Source: an uncultured delta proteobacterium (GTDB taxonomy: Bacteria > Desulfobacterota > Desulfobacteria > Desulfobacterales > QNYZ01). From it: DNA of 64,000 nucleotides. The stretch spans positions 320,001 to 384,000 of the forward strand of contig CAWJQU010000008.1 of assembly GCA_963845145.1 (NCBI GenBank), written 5' to 3'. Each line of letters opens with the position of its first letter. The first letter of the stretch is position 1. The position numbers were made by a program, and so were the translations under genes. A model generated the notes under the pieces. It saw nothing but the letters and a program-made list of their open reading frames with translations, made no database searches and was not told where the DNA came from. Positions 1-9,656 of this stretch are shown piece by piece.

Positions 1-70
1 CGATGGGATCGTGTGGCGCTATACTGAAAAAAGGTCAATGAACATATCAACCGTAAAATGGAGTAAGTAA

Positions 71-1093
71 ATGGCCAAAAACGGATATCATGTCGCCGTG
101 GCCGGTGCCACCGGTGCCGTCGGCCAACAAATGATCGCCTGTCTTCAGGAGCGAAAATTTCCGATTCAATCGATCAAGTTGTTAGCGTCCGCCCGCTCCG
201 TCGGCCGGCGACTGGTTTTTAATGATCAGGAAATGGCGGTGGAAGAACTAACCGGGGATTCGTTTGCCGGTGTAGACATTGCACTTTTTTCGGCTGGCGG
301 CGGCACCAGCAAACACTTTGCACCCCATGCAGCCGCACATGGCTGCGTGGTGGTCGACAATTCTAGCGCATGGCGTATGGATCCGGATGTTCCTCTGGTG
401 GTTCCGGAAGTCAACCCCGACGCGGTGGCCGGATATACGAAAAAAGGGATCATTGCCAATCCTAATTGTTCTACGATACAGATGGTGGTGGCCTTAAACC
501 CCATCCACCAAGCCTATGGAATCAAACGCCTGGTCATTTCCACCTACCAGGCCGTGTCCGGTACGGGGCTAAAAGCCATTGAAGAGTTAAACCGGCAGAC
601 CCGGGCGCTGATGGAGAATAACCCGGTCGAAAAATCGGTTTACCCGCATCAAATCGCTTTTAACTGCCTGCCCCACATCGACGTCTTTCTGGATAACGGC
701 TACACCAAGGAAGAGATGAAAATGGTCAACGAAACCCGGAAAATTATGGGCGACGATACGATTCGGGTGACGGCCACCACCGTTCGGGTACCGGTGATCT
801 ACGGCCATTCGGAATCGATCAATATTGAAACCCATCAGCCGATCCGTGCAACAGAGGTGGCCGCATTACTGGAAAAGGCCCCCGGGGTAAAAGTCAGCGA
901 TGATCCGCAAAATAACGTTTACCCCATGCCCGTGAATGCGGCCGGTAAAGACCTGACCTATGTGGGCCGGATTCGCGATGACGAATCCATAGAAAACGGA
1001 ATCAACCTCTGGGTTGTGGCCGATAATATCCGCAAAGGTGCCGCTACCAATGCCGTGCAGATTGCAGAGATTCTTGCATCTGATTATTTATAA
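71..1093 (+). CDS. asd: aspartate-semialdehyde dehydrogenase
   Basis: GATGAVG Rossmann motif, NPNCST catalytic Cys, STYQAVSG, DNIRKGAA. Confidence 0.97.
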   Translation: MAKNGYHVAVAGATGAVGQQMIACLQERKFPIQSIKLLASARSVGRRLVFNDQEMAVEELTGDSFAGVDIALFSAGGGTSKHFAPHAAAHGCVVVDNSSAWRMDPDVPLVVPEVNPDAVAGYTKKGIIANPNCSTIQMVVALNPIHQAYGIKRLVISTYQAVSGTGLKAIEELNRQTRALMENNPVEKSVYPHQIAFNCLPHIDVFLDNGYTKEEMKMVNETRKIMGDDTIRVTATTVRVPVIYGHSESINIETHQPIRATEVAALLEKAPGVKVSDDPQNNVYPMPVNAAGKDLTYVGRIRDDESIENGINLWVVADNIRKGAATNAVQIAEILASDYL

Positions 1094-1136
1094 GCGGATG
1101 TTAATTTTTTTTTAACCTATCACTTTAAAGAATATC

Positions 1137-1604
1137 ATGGAACAGATACCTATCACACAAGAAGGGTACGACGCCTTAAAAAAAGAACTGGAACGGCTCA
1201 AACGGGTGGAACGGCCCAGTAACATCAAAGCCATCGAAGAGGCCCGGGCCCACGGCGACCTGTCGGAAAATGCTGAATTTCATGCGGCCAAGGAACGGCA
1301 AAGTTTTATTATCGGGCGGATCGAAGAGCTTGGATACAAACTGGCCGCGGCCGACATTATCGATACGGACAAATTACCCACCGACCGGGCCGTATTCGGT
1401 AGCCGCGTGCTGCTTGAAAATGTGGATACCGGAGAGAGTAGCGAATACCAGCTGGTTGGCCCGGATGAGTCGGATGCCAAAAAGGGGCGCATTTCGGTCG
1501 CATCACCACTGGGCAAGGCGATTGTCGGGAAGAAGGTGTTTGATGAATTAACCCTGCAGGTACCCAATGGCAGAAGGTGTTACGAAATTGTAGAAATTCG
1601 ATAG
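1137..1604 (+). CDS. greA: transcription elongation factor GreA
   Basis: ARAHGDLSENAEFHAAKE and ISVASPLGKA motifs. Confidence 0.97.
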   Translation: MEQIPITQEGYDALKKELERLKRVERPSNIKAIEEARAHGDLSENAEFHAAKERQSFIIGRIEELGYKLAAADIIDTDKLPTDRAVFGSRVLLENVDTGESSEYQLVGPDESDAKKGRISVASPLGKAIVGKKVFDELTLQVPNGRRCYEIVEIR

Positions 1605-1689
1605 TCGGCCGGCTAACCTGGCAATCAACCGGTATACCCCCGGAATACTCAGGGGCGGTTGTGCCACAGGATAGGCGAGCAGACGACTA
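1602..1689. other. long imperfect stem-loop between greA and rpoZ
   Basis: Nested pairings TAGTCG/CGACTA, CTA/TAG, CCTG/CAGG, GGCA/TGCC, AACCG/CGGTT, CCCC/GGGG; no U-tract. Confidence 0.55.
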
Positions 1690-1710
1690 ATAAATGATGG
1701 AGGCGTTATT

Positions 1711-2082
1711 TTGGCACGAATCACTATTGAAGATTGTATGAAACGGGTTCCGAATCGATTTGCGATTGTTAATCTGGCCGCCAAGCGCGTCAGACAGATT
1801 CGTGAAGGGTCCGAGTATTTGGTAAGTTCACCCAAAAACGAAGATATTGTGGTGGCATTACGAGAAATCGCGGCCGGGAAAGTCGTGTTTGAAGATACAA
1901 CCCCCCCAGAGATTGTATCGGAACCGGAGCCTGAGGTAACCGAAGAAAAGGCAACCGAAGAAAAACAATTGGAGGCACCCGCCCCGGCCGAGGCGACCAG
2001 TGATCCTGAACCGGCTACCGAAGAAGTGGCTACCGAAAAAGCCGAGCCAACCGTAGATGAGACACCCGTCGAAGCGGATTAA
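1711..2082 (+). CDS. rpoZ: RNA polymerase omega subunit with acidic Glu/Pro/Ala-rich C-terminal tail
   Basis: MARITIEDC..VPNRFAIVNLAAKRVRQ..ALREIAAG; TTG start after GGAGG RBS. Confidence 0.95.
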   Translation: MARITIEDCMKRVPNRFAIVNLAAKRVRQIREGSEYLVSSPKNEDIVVALREIAAGKVVFEDTTPPEIVSEPEPEVTEEKATEEKQLEAPAPAEATSDPEPATEEVATEKAEPTVDETPVEAD

Positions 2083-2102
2083 ACCCCGCTCACCCCAGGG
2101 GA

Positions 2103-2909
2103 TTGATAATGGGTGGTGGATCTTGTGGGCCGGTCAACGTGACTTTGGACAATCAAAATACAACCTATAAGCGGTTGCGACGGGCCATGGGACAAGCCAT
2201 TGGCCGGTATCAAATGATCGCAGACGGCGACCGCATTATCGTCGGTGTCTCGGGGGGCAAGGACAGCCTCACGCTGCTATGGATGCTCTCTGAACGGCGG
2301 GATAGAGTACCCATCGATTACACCTTGCTTCCGGTTTATGTCGATCCGGGGTTCGAACCAAGCTTTGCCGATGCGTTACATGCTTTAGTAAAAACCATGG
2401 GGCATGATCTTATCGTCGAGAAATCTGATTTCGGACCGGTCGCTCATTCGAAAACCAACCGGGAAAATCCCTGTTTTTTATGTTCGCGCCGTCGCCGTCA
2501 ACGCCTTTTCGAAAAAGCGGCCGAATTGGATAGCCGCAAGGTTGCTTTGGGCCACAACCAGGACGATATGATTGAAACCCTGTTTATCAATCTCTGTTAT
2601 GCGGGCGAACTGTCTGCGATGCTTCCCCAGCAGGTCCTTTTTAAAGGCGCGATAACGGTTATACGACCTTTGGCCCATGCGGCTGAAAAAGAGATCAGAC
2701 GTTTCACCGAACAACGCGGGATTCCGGTATTTACCAATTCCTGCCCCAGCTCGGGGCACACCAAGCGACAGGAAATAAAAACGATTTTAAATAACCTGTA
2801 TGAACAAAACCATAAAATTCGGGGAAATATTTTCAGAGCCATGCATCACGTTAATCTGGAGTACCTTCCCCCACCCCATGCGTTAAGGGGGCGTAAAGGC
2901 GGAAAATGA
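2103..2909 (+). CDS. ttcA: tRNA 2-thiocytidine biosynthesis protein TtcA family (start uncertain)
   Basis: PP-loop SGGKDS, CxxC (PCFLCSRRRR), LGHNQDD, IRPL, C-terminal CP. Confidence 0.85.
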   Translation: MIMGGGSCGPVNVTLDNQNTTYKRLRRAMGQAIGRYQMIADGDRIIVGVSGGKDSLTLLWMLSERRDRVPIDYTLLPVYVDPGFEPSFADALHALVKTMGHDLIVEKSDFGPVAHSKTNRENPCFLCSRRRRQRLFEKAAELDSRKVALGHNQDDMIETLFINLCYAGELSAMLPQQVLFKGAITVIRPLAHAAEKEIRRFTEQRGIPVFTNSCPSSGHTKRQEIKTILNNLYEQNHKIRGNIFRAMHHVNLEYLPPPHALRGRKGGK

Positions 2910-3697
2910 AAGACATCCAAAACGAGCGGGACCATCGCCGCATTCCGATCGACAAAGTAGGGATTAAGAATCTTCGCTACCCCATTACCGTCCTTGATAA
3001 GGAAAAAGGTTCGCAACATACCGTTGCAACCATAAACATGTACGTTGATCTGCCCCATCGCGATAAGGGCACCCACATGAGCCGCTTTGTTGAGATCCTT
3101 CACCTATTTCGACCGGAAGTTTCCCTAAAGCGAATCGGCGAAGTTCTCGATCGCATGAAACAGCATTTGAATGCGGCTTCGGCGCATATCGATGTGACGT
3201 TCCCCTACTTTATCGAGAAAACCGCCCCGGTGAGTCAATCGCAAGGGTTACTCGATTATACCTGTCGATTCACCGGTGCCAGCAATCCCCAGCAACCGCT
3301 GGACCTCATTTCGGAAGTCATTGTGCCGATTTCATCGGTGTGCCCCTGCTCCAAGGAGATCAGTGATGCGGGTGCGCATAATCAACGCGGTGAGGTCCGT
3401 CTGGCCACGCGATTTAAACGATTTATCTGGATCGAGGATATGGTTGAATTGGTGGAATCGTGCGCTTCCTGCGAAGTATTTTCCGTTTTAAAACGGGTCG
3501 ACGAAAAGTATGTGACTGAAACGGGGTATTCGAACCCGAAATTTGTAGAAGATGTGGTTCGGGATATCGCCGTCAAACTTCAAAAGGATGAAAACATAAC
3601 CTGGTTTTCATTAAGCGCAGAAAATTTTGAATCCATTCACAATCACAGCGCCTATGCCCATATTACCCGGGATAAGCGCGTCGAGGCAAAGCCATAA
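2906..3697 (+). CDS. folE2: GTP cyclohydrolase FolE2 (type IB)
   Basis: KGTHMSRF, CPCSKEIS, GAHNQR, ESIHNHSA motifs; ATGA overlap with ttcA. Confidence 0.95.
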   Translation: MKDIQNERDHRRIPIDKVGIKNLRYPITVLDKEKGSQHTVATINMYVDLPHRDKGTHMSRFVEILHLFRPEVSLKRIGEVLDRMKQHLNAASAHIDVTFPYFIEKTAPVSQSQGLLDYTCRFTGASNPQQPLDLISEVIVPISSVCPCSKEISDAGAHNQRGEVRLATRFKRFIWIEDMVELVESCASCEVFSVLKRVDEKYVTETGYSNPKFVEDVVRDIAVKLQKDENITWFSLSAENFESIHNHSAYAHITRDKRVEAKP

Positions 3698-3717
3698 AAC
3701 CAGCGAATAATTTTATG

Positions 3718-5052
3718 TTAAGGCAAACGCTTCAATAGGGCCCGCACCACATGCTCCGCCGATTTACCGGGCGTGTTCATTAGTACGACGAATCGGTATA
3801 AAGCCTTGTCATTATTTTCACTCGAACCTGATTTGATGAGTTTGGATTTGATAAATCGGGATTCAATAAATCCGGCCCGGGCGGATATACCCGATAATGA
3901 GCCTGTTTTATAGTAAGCCCGACCCTTTTGGGTCATCAGGTGACGATAAGGCAAAAAAGCGTCCACTATACGGCTAAGCGCTCTAGCCGATATTCGATTC
4001 TTCCGGGATATCCCGGAACCTTCCACCAGTTGAAAATTCTGTAAACCAAGCTTTTTATTGGCAAAGCTCCGAACAGTTTGCACCCCTTTTTCGAGGTTTC
4101 CCGGTGGGCCGTGGCTTTGGGTGCCGATCGCAATCAGGAGTTGGTTGGCGATAAAGTTATTGGAGTGTTTTAACAGTTTTTGGATGACCTGTTCCACCGT
4201 AAATGGGGATAAGTGGTGTAAAATTCGCTGATCCGTATTCGGGTTGACCGTCCCGGTCCGCACAACGCCACGGCACGGAATGCCGCGACGCTTAAAAAAA
4301 TACTGAAAAAGGTGGCCGGCATAAAGGACATTTTCGCCATTGCGATGTGAAAGAACGATCCGACCGGACCGAAGACCTGAAGCGCGCAATTTGGGTAACA
4401 CAAAAGGGACCAGGGGTGTCTGTGGTTCGGAGCTGGTAAAATCACCGGCGGAATTTTTTTTGAATTGAATCGTGTTAAAATTGGCGCACAAGGCACCATT
4501 GGGGGCATCATAGGGCTGGCTGCTTGACGATCTTCCCGGAATGATGATGGGTTGTGAAAAATAGGAATCGTCAAGCACGATATCGTTTATCTCAATCAGA
4601 TCACGCGCCAGGTTATTAAATGGGGCATCAACTGGGGTATCAACGAGGGTATCAACGATTTGTGCAACAACTTCCGATATCAACAACGGATCGCCGAATC
4701 CCTTAATTTTCAAGTTTCGGTTTGCATCCATATAAAAATCCGTGGCAAACTGATAATTCGGCCCTAAATAATGCAGGGCAGCCAACGAGGTAAGTAATTT
4801 CAGCGTCGATGCAGGAATCCGCTGCACGGATTCATTGACGGCAAAAACATCCGACCCGTCAGAAGCGGTCACCAATAACGCATCCTTAGGTCCGATCAAG
4901 CTGGAGATATCACCCGCTGCATCCACCGGCCCGGCGACGACCGATAAGTAAAAACCGCCGAATGCCAACAGGACGCACAACCGTGCGAACCCACCCAGCG
5001 TATAAAAAGATGAGATCCCAAAATAAGTTGATTTATTTAGGTTAGTGGCCAT
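3718..5052 (-). CDS. dacB: D-Ala-D-Ala carboxypeptidase/endopeptidase (peptidase S13, PBP4)
   Basis: SxxK (PASTLK), SxN (HSNN), GSGISR and KTG motifs; N-terminal hydrophobic segment. Confidence 0.9.
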   Translation of the reverse strand: MATNLNKSTYFGISSFYTLGGFARLCVLLAFGGFYLSVVAGPVDAAGDISSLIGPKDALLVTASDGSDVFAVNESVQRIPASTLKLLTSLAALHYLGPNYQFATDFYMDANRNLKIKGFGDPLLISEVVAQIVDTLVDTPVDAPFNNLARDLIEINDIVLDDSYFSQPIIIPGRSSSSQPYDAPNGALCANFNTIQFKKNSAGDFTSSEPQTPLVPFVLPKLRASGLRSGRIVLSHRNGENVLYAGHLFQYFFKRRGIPCRGVVRTGTVNPNTDQRILHHLSPFTVEQVIQKLLKHSNNFIANQLLIAIGTQSHGPPGNLEKGVQTVRSFANKKLGLQNFQLVEGSGISRKNRISARALSRIVDAFLPYRHLMTQKGRAYYKTGSLSGISARAGFIESRFIKSKLIKSGSSENNDKALYRFVVLMNTPGKSAEHVVRALLKRLP

Positions 5053-5069
5053 CGTTTCTCTATATAGAA

Positions 5070-5516
5070 TTAACGGGAAGGAGAATCCAGAACCAGGGTA
5101 ACCGGCCCATCGTTTACCAATGAAACCGCCATCATGGCCCGAAACCGGCCGGTTTCAACCAAGACGCCCCGGTTTCGAACCTGTGTCACGAAATACTCAT
5201 ACAGATGCTCGGCCAGGTCCGGCGGCGCAGCCGCCACAAAGGATGGCCGCCGTCCCTTGCGGCAATCGCCCAGCAATGTGAACTGGGATACGGCCAGCAA
5301 CGCGCCACCGATATCAATTAAGGAACGATTCATCTTCTGCTGATCGTCTTCAAAAATCCGTAAATTGACGATCTTTTCGGCCAGGTAGTCGGCATCTTTT
5401 TCCTGGTCGGCCGTCCCAACGCCGAGAAGTACAAGTAGCCCGATGCCGATTTCGCCGGTCGCCTCACCCTCTACCGTGACCCGGCTTTGGCTAACTCTTT
5501 GGACGACAGCACGCAT
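5070..5516 (-). CDS. dtd: D-aminoacyl-tRNA deacylase
   Basis: [19 protein letters not shown] motifs. Confidence 0.97.
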   Translation of the reverse strand: MRAVVQRVSQSRVTVEGEATGEIGIGLLVLLGVGTADQEKDADYLAEKIVNLRIFEDDQQKMNRSLIDIGGALLAVSQFTLLGDCRKGRRPSFVAAAPPDLAEHLYEYFVTQVRNRGVLVETGRFRAMMAVSLVNDGPVTLVLDSPSR

Positions 5517-5528
5517 TCATAAACTCCT

Positions 5529-6887
5529 TTAGCAGACGAGGATGACCCGAAGATCCATCACATTGGTATAGGTAGGGCCGGTAATGATTAGATCATCGAG
5601 TCGCTGAAAAAAAGGGTAGGCATTGTTATCGGCCAGATACTGCTCCGGGTCCATGCCCATCTGGCACGCCCTTACGACCGTCAAGTGATCAGTCATTGCA
5701 CCGGCGGCATCCGTAGGGCCATCGGTCCCGTCGGTCCCGGCGCTGAGCATCACCGTTTGTTCAAATCTACTCAATGCCCGTGCCATGACCAAGGCAAATT
5801 CCTGGTTACGCCCGCCTTTACCACTACCGGTAACCCGCACCGTGGTTTCGCCACCGGAGAGAATACAAGCCGGCGTTGTAATGGGTTGGCCGGTTTTAAG
5901 AATTTCCTTGACGATAGCGGCGTGCATTCGGGCCGCCTCCGTCGTGTCCCCTTCGATCATCGATGACAATACCAACGTATGGTAGCCCTTGGCCTCGGAC
6001 GCGACTCGAGCCGCTGTCAGCGCCTCACTATTTGAACCGATGATCCGATTGGTCGTTTTCTCAAAGACCGGATCACCCGGTTTGGGCGTTTCCTCGATGC
6101 CGCCTTCAACGCCGGCCCGAATTCTATTTACCACCGCCTCGGAAAGTTGGTTAGAAAGGTCATATTTTTTAATAATTTTCAGACAATCACCAAACGTGCT
6201 GGTATCGGGTACAGTGGGCCCGGAAGCAATAACGTCCAAATCGTCACCGACAACATCGGAAAGGATCAAGCTGGCAACGGCCGCCGGATAGGCAGCGCGG
6301 CTGAGTTGGCCCCCTTTGATTTGTGATAGATGCTTACGAAATGCATTGATTTCGTGAATTGTTGCGCCGCAAGCCAAGAGTTTCCGGGTCGTTTCCTGTT
6401 TGTCGGCTAAGCTGATTTCGGGGACGGGCAAGGATAAAAGCGCCGATCCGCCGCCTGAAATCAGACCGATCACTAGGTCCTTGTGACCGGCGAGAGAGGC
6501 AATGGCTTGAATTTCTTTTGCACCGCTCACCCCTTTTTCATCGGGAACGGGATGCCCGGCTGTTATCTGTTTGATGCGACAAAGGTCGACATCGTGACCA
6601 TATTTAACATTAATCGCACCAGAGGTAATCCGGTCGCCCAGCAGCGCCTCCATCGCCATCGCCATGGATGCCGTTGCTTTACCGGCCCCAACCACGTGGA
6701 TGTCTTCAACGTCGGACAGATCGTAGCGCCGATTGCCGATGATCAACCATTGTCCATCCAATTGGCAATGCCTGTGTATGGCCGCCCTGGGTTCCACGGC
6801 CGCAAGACCCGCCTTGAAAATGGCCATGGCATCCCGACGCATATCGACGAGTGGTTCCTGAGGGACGTAGGGCATAGAAATCGTCAT
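5529..6887 (-). CDS. glycerate 2-kinase / TtuD-like (MOFRL family)
   Basis: GAGKA, HPVPD, ISGGGSAL, IASGPT, GGETTV, GGRNQE, GTDGTDG, TNVMD. Confidence 0.92.
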   Translation of the reverse strand: MTISMPYVPQEPLVDMRRDAMAIFKAGLAAVEPRAAIHRHCQLDGQWLIIGNRRYDLSDVEDIHVVGAGKATASMAMAMEALLGDRITSGAINVKYGHDVDLCRIKQITAGHPVPDEKGVSGAKEIQAIASLAGHKDLVIGLISGGGSALLSLPVPEISLADKQETTRKLLACGATIHEINAFRKHLSQIKGGQLSRAAYPAAVASLILSDVVGDDLDVIASGPTVPDTSTFGDCLKIIKKYDLSNQLSEAVVNRIRAGVEGGIEETPKPGDPVFEKTTNRIIGSNSEALTAARVASEAKGYHTLVLSSMIEGDTTEAARMHAAIVKEILKTGQPITTPACILSGGETTVRVTGSGKGGRNQEFALVMARALSRFEQTVMLSAGTDGTDGPTDAAGAMTDHLTVVRACQMGMDPEQYLADNNAYPFFQRLDDLIITGPTYTNVMDLRVILVC

Positions 6888-6890
6888 ACG

Positions 6891-8370
6891 TTAAATTATG
6901 ACATTGCTTGATAAATGACAAGCCCGCGACTTTTGCCCGGTTTTATCATGGCTTCCGGTTACCATCGGTATCGCAAACCGTTCATCCTTGTCCCACCATT
7001 CAATAATGGCACCTTTACGGTTAAAAATCGTGCCGGTTTCGGTTTCAATTCTTCGAATCCACTCTCCCAGGCCGGAACCATGGTGAATAATTAAAGGCGT
7101 ACTGTGGGGGGGAAAATATCACTGCTAATGTCGTGCTTTCTTATGACCGTTTCCATCTCGGAAATGATCTTGGGTGTATCCCAGGGGGTCGGATAGATCA
7201 TACCGTGGTTTCCCCCCTCATGCCGGGCATAGCCCCACTGGTAAGGAAACAGGCGCTTTAGACGGCGCATCAGGGTCACGGCCTTCAGATTATCGGCCAG
7301 CGTGATACCTTTGTTCAGGTTTTTTAATATCGTATCGTTGAAAGATTCGAACCCGATGGAAACACAAATGATCCGAATACGCAGATGACGCGCTATTTTA
7401 AGCGCCTCCGTCAGATGCGTTTCGCCTTTCACCAGGTAGTCGGCCCGGGTGGTCAAATTGATTTGGGATATGGCTAATTTTTCAGCCTCAAGATCCTTCA
7501 ACAATTTGGGAAGTCCGGGGAATGGATTTTCATTAATCAATTCAAAGGGTATTTTCCGGCCGCTTGTATCGCTGGGAAGACCGTTGATCTGCATCAGCAC
7601 ATCATCTCGATTTACCGTACCGCAAAAGCCCTTATCCACCGCGACATCGCAAAAGCTACAGCCGTTTAACGAGAGCGGTATTTTGGGTGCATTCGGCATA
7701 AACGCGGGTTCGTCAACGGTGACCGACACGGTCCGGGCGGCATACGGACAACCGATTTGCTGAAGGACCTGGGCGCTGTTGATGGGATGGGGTATGAAGC
7801 CCGAAGCGCGAAGACGATAAAAGGAGGTCCAATCCACACGGTTTAAACGTGATGAATTCCAACGCAGGGGATGATTCCGAAAAAAACGTCTTCCGGACCG
7901 ATAGCATAACCCGGGTATTGTTTTTTTGTTGGCTTCATCTAAATTATCACATATCGGTAAAATCTGCTCCGCGGGGCCCTGTAACGCGAAATCGAAAAAA
8001 GGGATGATACCCTTGAAACCGATTCCTTGTTTTCCTGCCAATCGATTTCACCGGAAAAATCCATGCCGGCCTGGGGCCCCGCCAGGATGGTCACCGCCCC
8101 TTTCGATTTTAATTCAGCCGCCAGGGTAAATAAGTCCTCACGGCCACTTAAGGTTGAAAAGCCGACCAGCGGCCGCTGACCATCAAAATGACCGTCCAAA
8201 ACGCTTTTAAGCAGACTCCTATCATCAGTCTGCGTGACACCGACAACAAGGCACTGCACATCGCTGAACCGATTGATAATGGTTGCCGCCATTTGGGGGC
8301 CCAGCAGCCCATACGATTCATCGTTAAAATAACTGGTGATGATCACCATTTTGGTTGGGGATGGTGCCAT
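6891..8370 (-). pseudogene. putative B12-binding radical SAM protein, frameshifted (pieces 7939-8370, 7091-8041 and a tail ending at TAA 6891); may be intact in vivo
   Basis: B12-binding-like N-part (LVGFSTLSG, TILAGPQA), GCPY..GCSFCD, TTRAD, SIGFESF..LKNLNKG; coding continues in another frame (HSTPLIIHHGSGLGEWIRRIE) after a G7 run at 7106-7112. Confidence 0.7.
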
Positions 8371-8400
8371 ATACAGACTCTCTGCTTCTCACAAATAAGA

Positions 8401-8430
8401 AAGGCGGTGTCTCGACATGCCCACCGCCTT
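8401..8430 (-). terminator. intrinsic terminator downstream of the PEP-CTERM gene
   Basis: AAGGCGGTG/CACCGCCTT stem followed on the minus strand by a T-rich tract. Confidence 0.6.
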
Positions 8431-8449
8431 CAATTGATATCATTTGGTT

Positions 8450-8591
8450 GAGCCAGTTTCAAAACGTCCCATTTTGTCCAATCTCTGCGTCAGGCTCAAA
8501 TTTTAATCCTCGAAATACCCAATGTATTCCTGTGGTTTAAATTTTCGCCTTCCTTGACCTTGAACAAACTGAAACGTTTTTAAATTGGCTC
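8450..8591. mobile_element. 142-bp MITE-like non-autonomous element
   Basis: 17-bp terminal inverted repeats GAGCCAGTTTCAAAACG / CGTTTTTAAATTGGCTC (2 mismatches), internal dyad symmetry, flanking direct repeat GGTT at 8446-8449 and 8592-8595. Confidence 0.8.
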
Positions 8592-8602
8592 GGTTGTTTG
8601 GT

Positions 8603-9269
8603 TTATTTTTTAAGCTTTCTCCCCACCACCGAGGTACCCAACAATCCGACGCCCAGAAGAAGCATGGTTGCCGGTTCGGGAACCGGTGTTGCAGGATTTC
8701 GTCCCGTATCATCTGTGATCGTTTCATTTCTAAAAATTTCCAGGACGGCCACAACTCTTTGGTTGCCGATCCTGCCTCTAATCCGCGATCCTTCTACCAC
8801 TTGATCAAAGGCAGCATTGACCCAACCGTTGGCCTGATAGAGGTCCCAGAGGCCTTCATTTTGCCAATTCCGATAAATCGTCCGCCACCCTCTTCTACCG
8901 GTTGTATCCTTTGCCATCGCTTTGGCGGCTTTTTTCAGGGCCCTGTCCTTCTTTCGCTCGATCCATTTGTCGAATGATTCCGATGTATCTACAGACCAGA
9001 CCCCGGGATTATCGATACCCCAGATTTAAATCTGAGATGTCGATCCGACCGGGAGCGGCCAAGCCAGAACGGTTAAATTCTCTTCCCATTATCTGATCAC
9101 CATTTGAAAATCCCTGATCAGATTCGTTGGCAATAATAAAAAAGTCACCTTCTATCAGATTATGCCATCCAAGGGTTATTTCTATAGGCGCGGCCATCGC
9201 ATTGCCCGAAACCAAAACAAATATCAATAAGCTGGTCGTAACACCCATTGTAAAAAATTTCTTAATCAT
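8603..9269 (-). CDS. PEP-CTERM sorting-domain protein (about 221 aa), split by a +1 frameshift at the C4 run 9018-9021
   Basis: Signal peptide MIKKFFTMGVTTSLLIFVLVSGNAMA; C-terminal TPVPEPATMLLLGVGLLGTSVVGRKLKK; removing one base joins the two ORFs. Confidence 0.85.
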
Positions 9270-9318
9270 TTTCTCCTCCTCAAAGTGAGGGTAAAATTAT
9301 TGCTAAAGCTAAAACGAC

Positions 9319-9334
9319 GCAATGATCATGCCAA
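9319..9334 (-). promoter_or_regulatory. sigma-54 -24/-12 promoter of the PEP-CTERM gene
   Basis: Minus strand TTGGCAT-GATCA-TTGC fits TGGCAC-N5-TTGC. Confidence 0.8.
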
Positions 9335-9516
9335 TAAATGGTCTTTGTACAACAACCTGTAATTATAAGTATTTTATCCTTTGACAAATATTTATAGCAA
9401 TCACACACCTATTATATGGGAAATAATTTATCTAATAGTATAACCTATTTTACATAAAATATGCTGAACGTCATAACCAATTACCCGACCCAATGCGGCC
9501 GTTTACCGTTTAATGC

Positions 9517-9530
9517 TTGACTTAAGTCAA
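9517..9530. promoter_or_regulatory. CRP/FNR-family (HcpR/Dnr-like) operator upstream of hcp
   Basis: Perfect palindrome TTGACTTAAGTCAA, like the FNR box TTGAT-N4-ATCAA. Confidence 0.7.
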
Positions 9531-9656
9531 TGCACCTTTGGTCGAAGACGGACTAAAAGAGAATCAACAACAATTCATTTAGTGTCGTTAACTGAAACGG
9601 GCATGGGGCCCGAAATCGACGACACGTCAAATATACGGAAAGACGGGGGACTATTT

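Noticed and set aside
1..70. 3' end of an upstream gene
   Set aside because: Too short to assign a frame or product
1602..1689. SRP RNA or tRNA
   Set aside because: No SRP GGAA-loop domain with its CAGG/AGCA internal loop, and no cloverleaf or T-loop
8355..8977. Short ORFs 8355-8540, 8503-8754, 8585-8977 and 8598-8804
   Set aside because: Shadow frames over the MITE and the PEP-CTERM gene with no recognisable motifs
9513..9656. 48-aa N-terminal extension of Hcp given in the ORF track
   Set aside because: Hcp proteins begin MFCxQC; the extension overlaps the operator palindrome and promoter region
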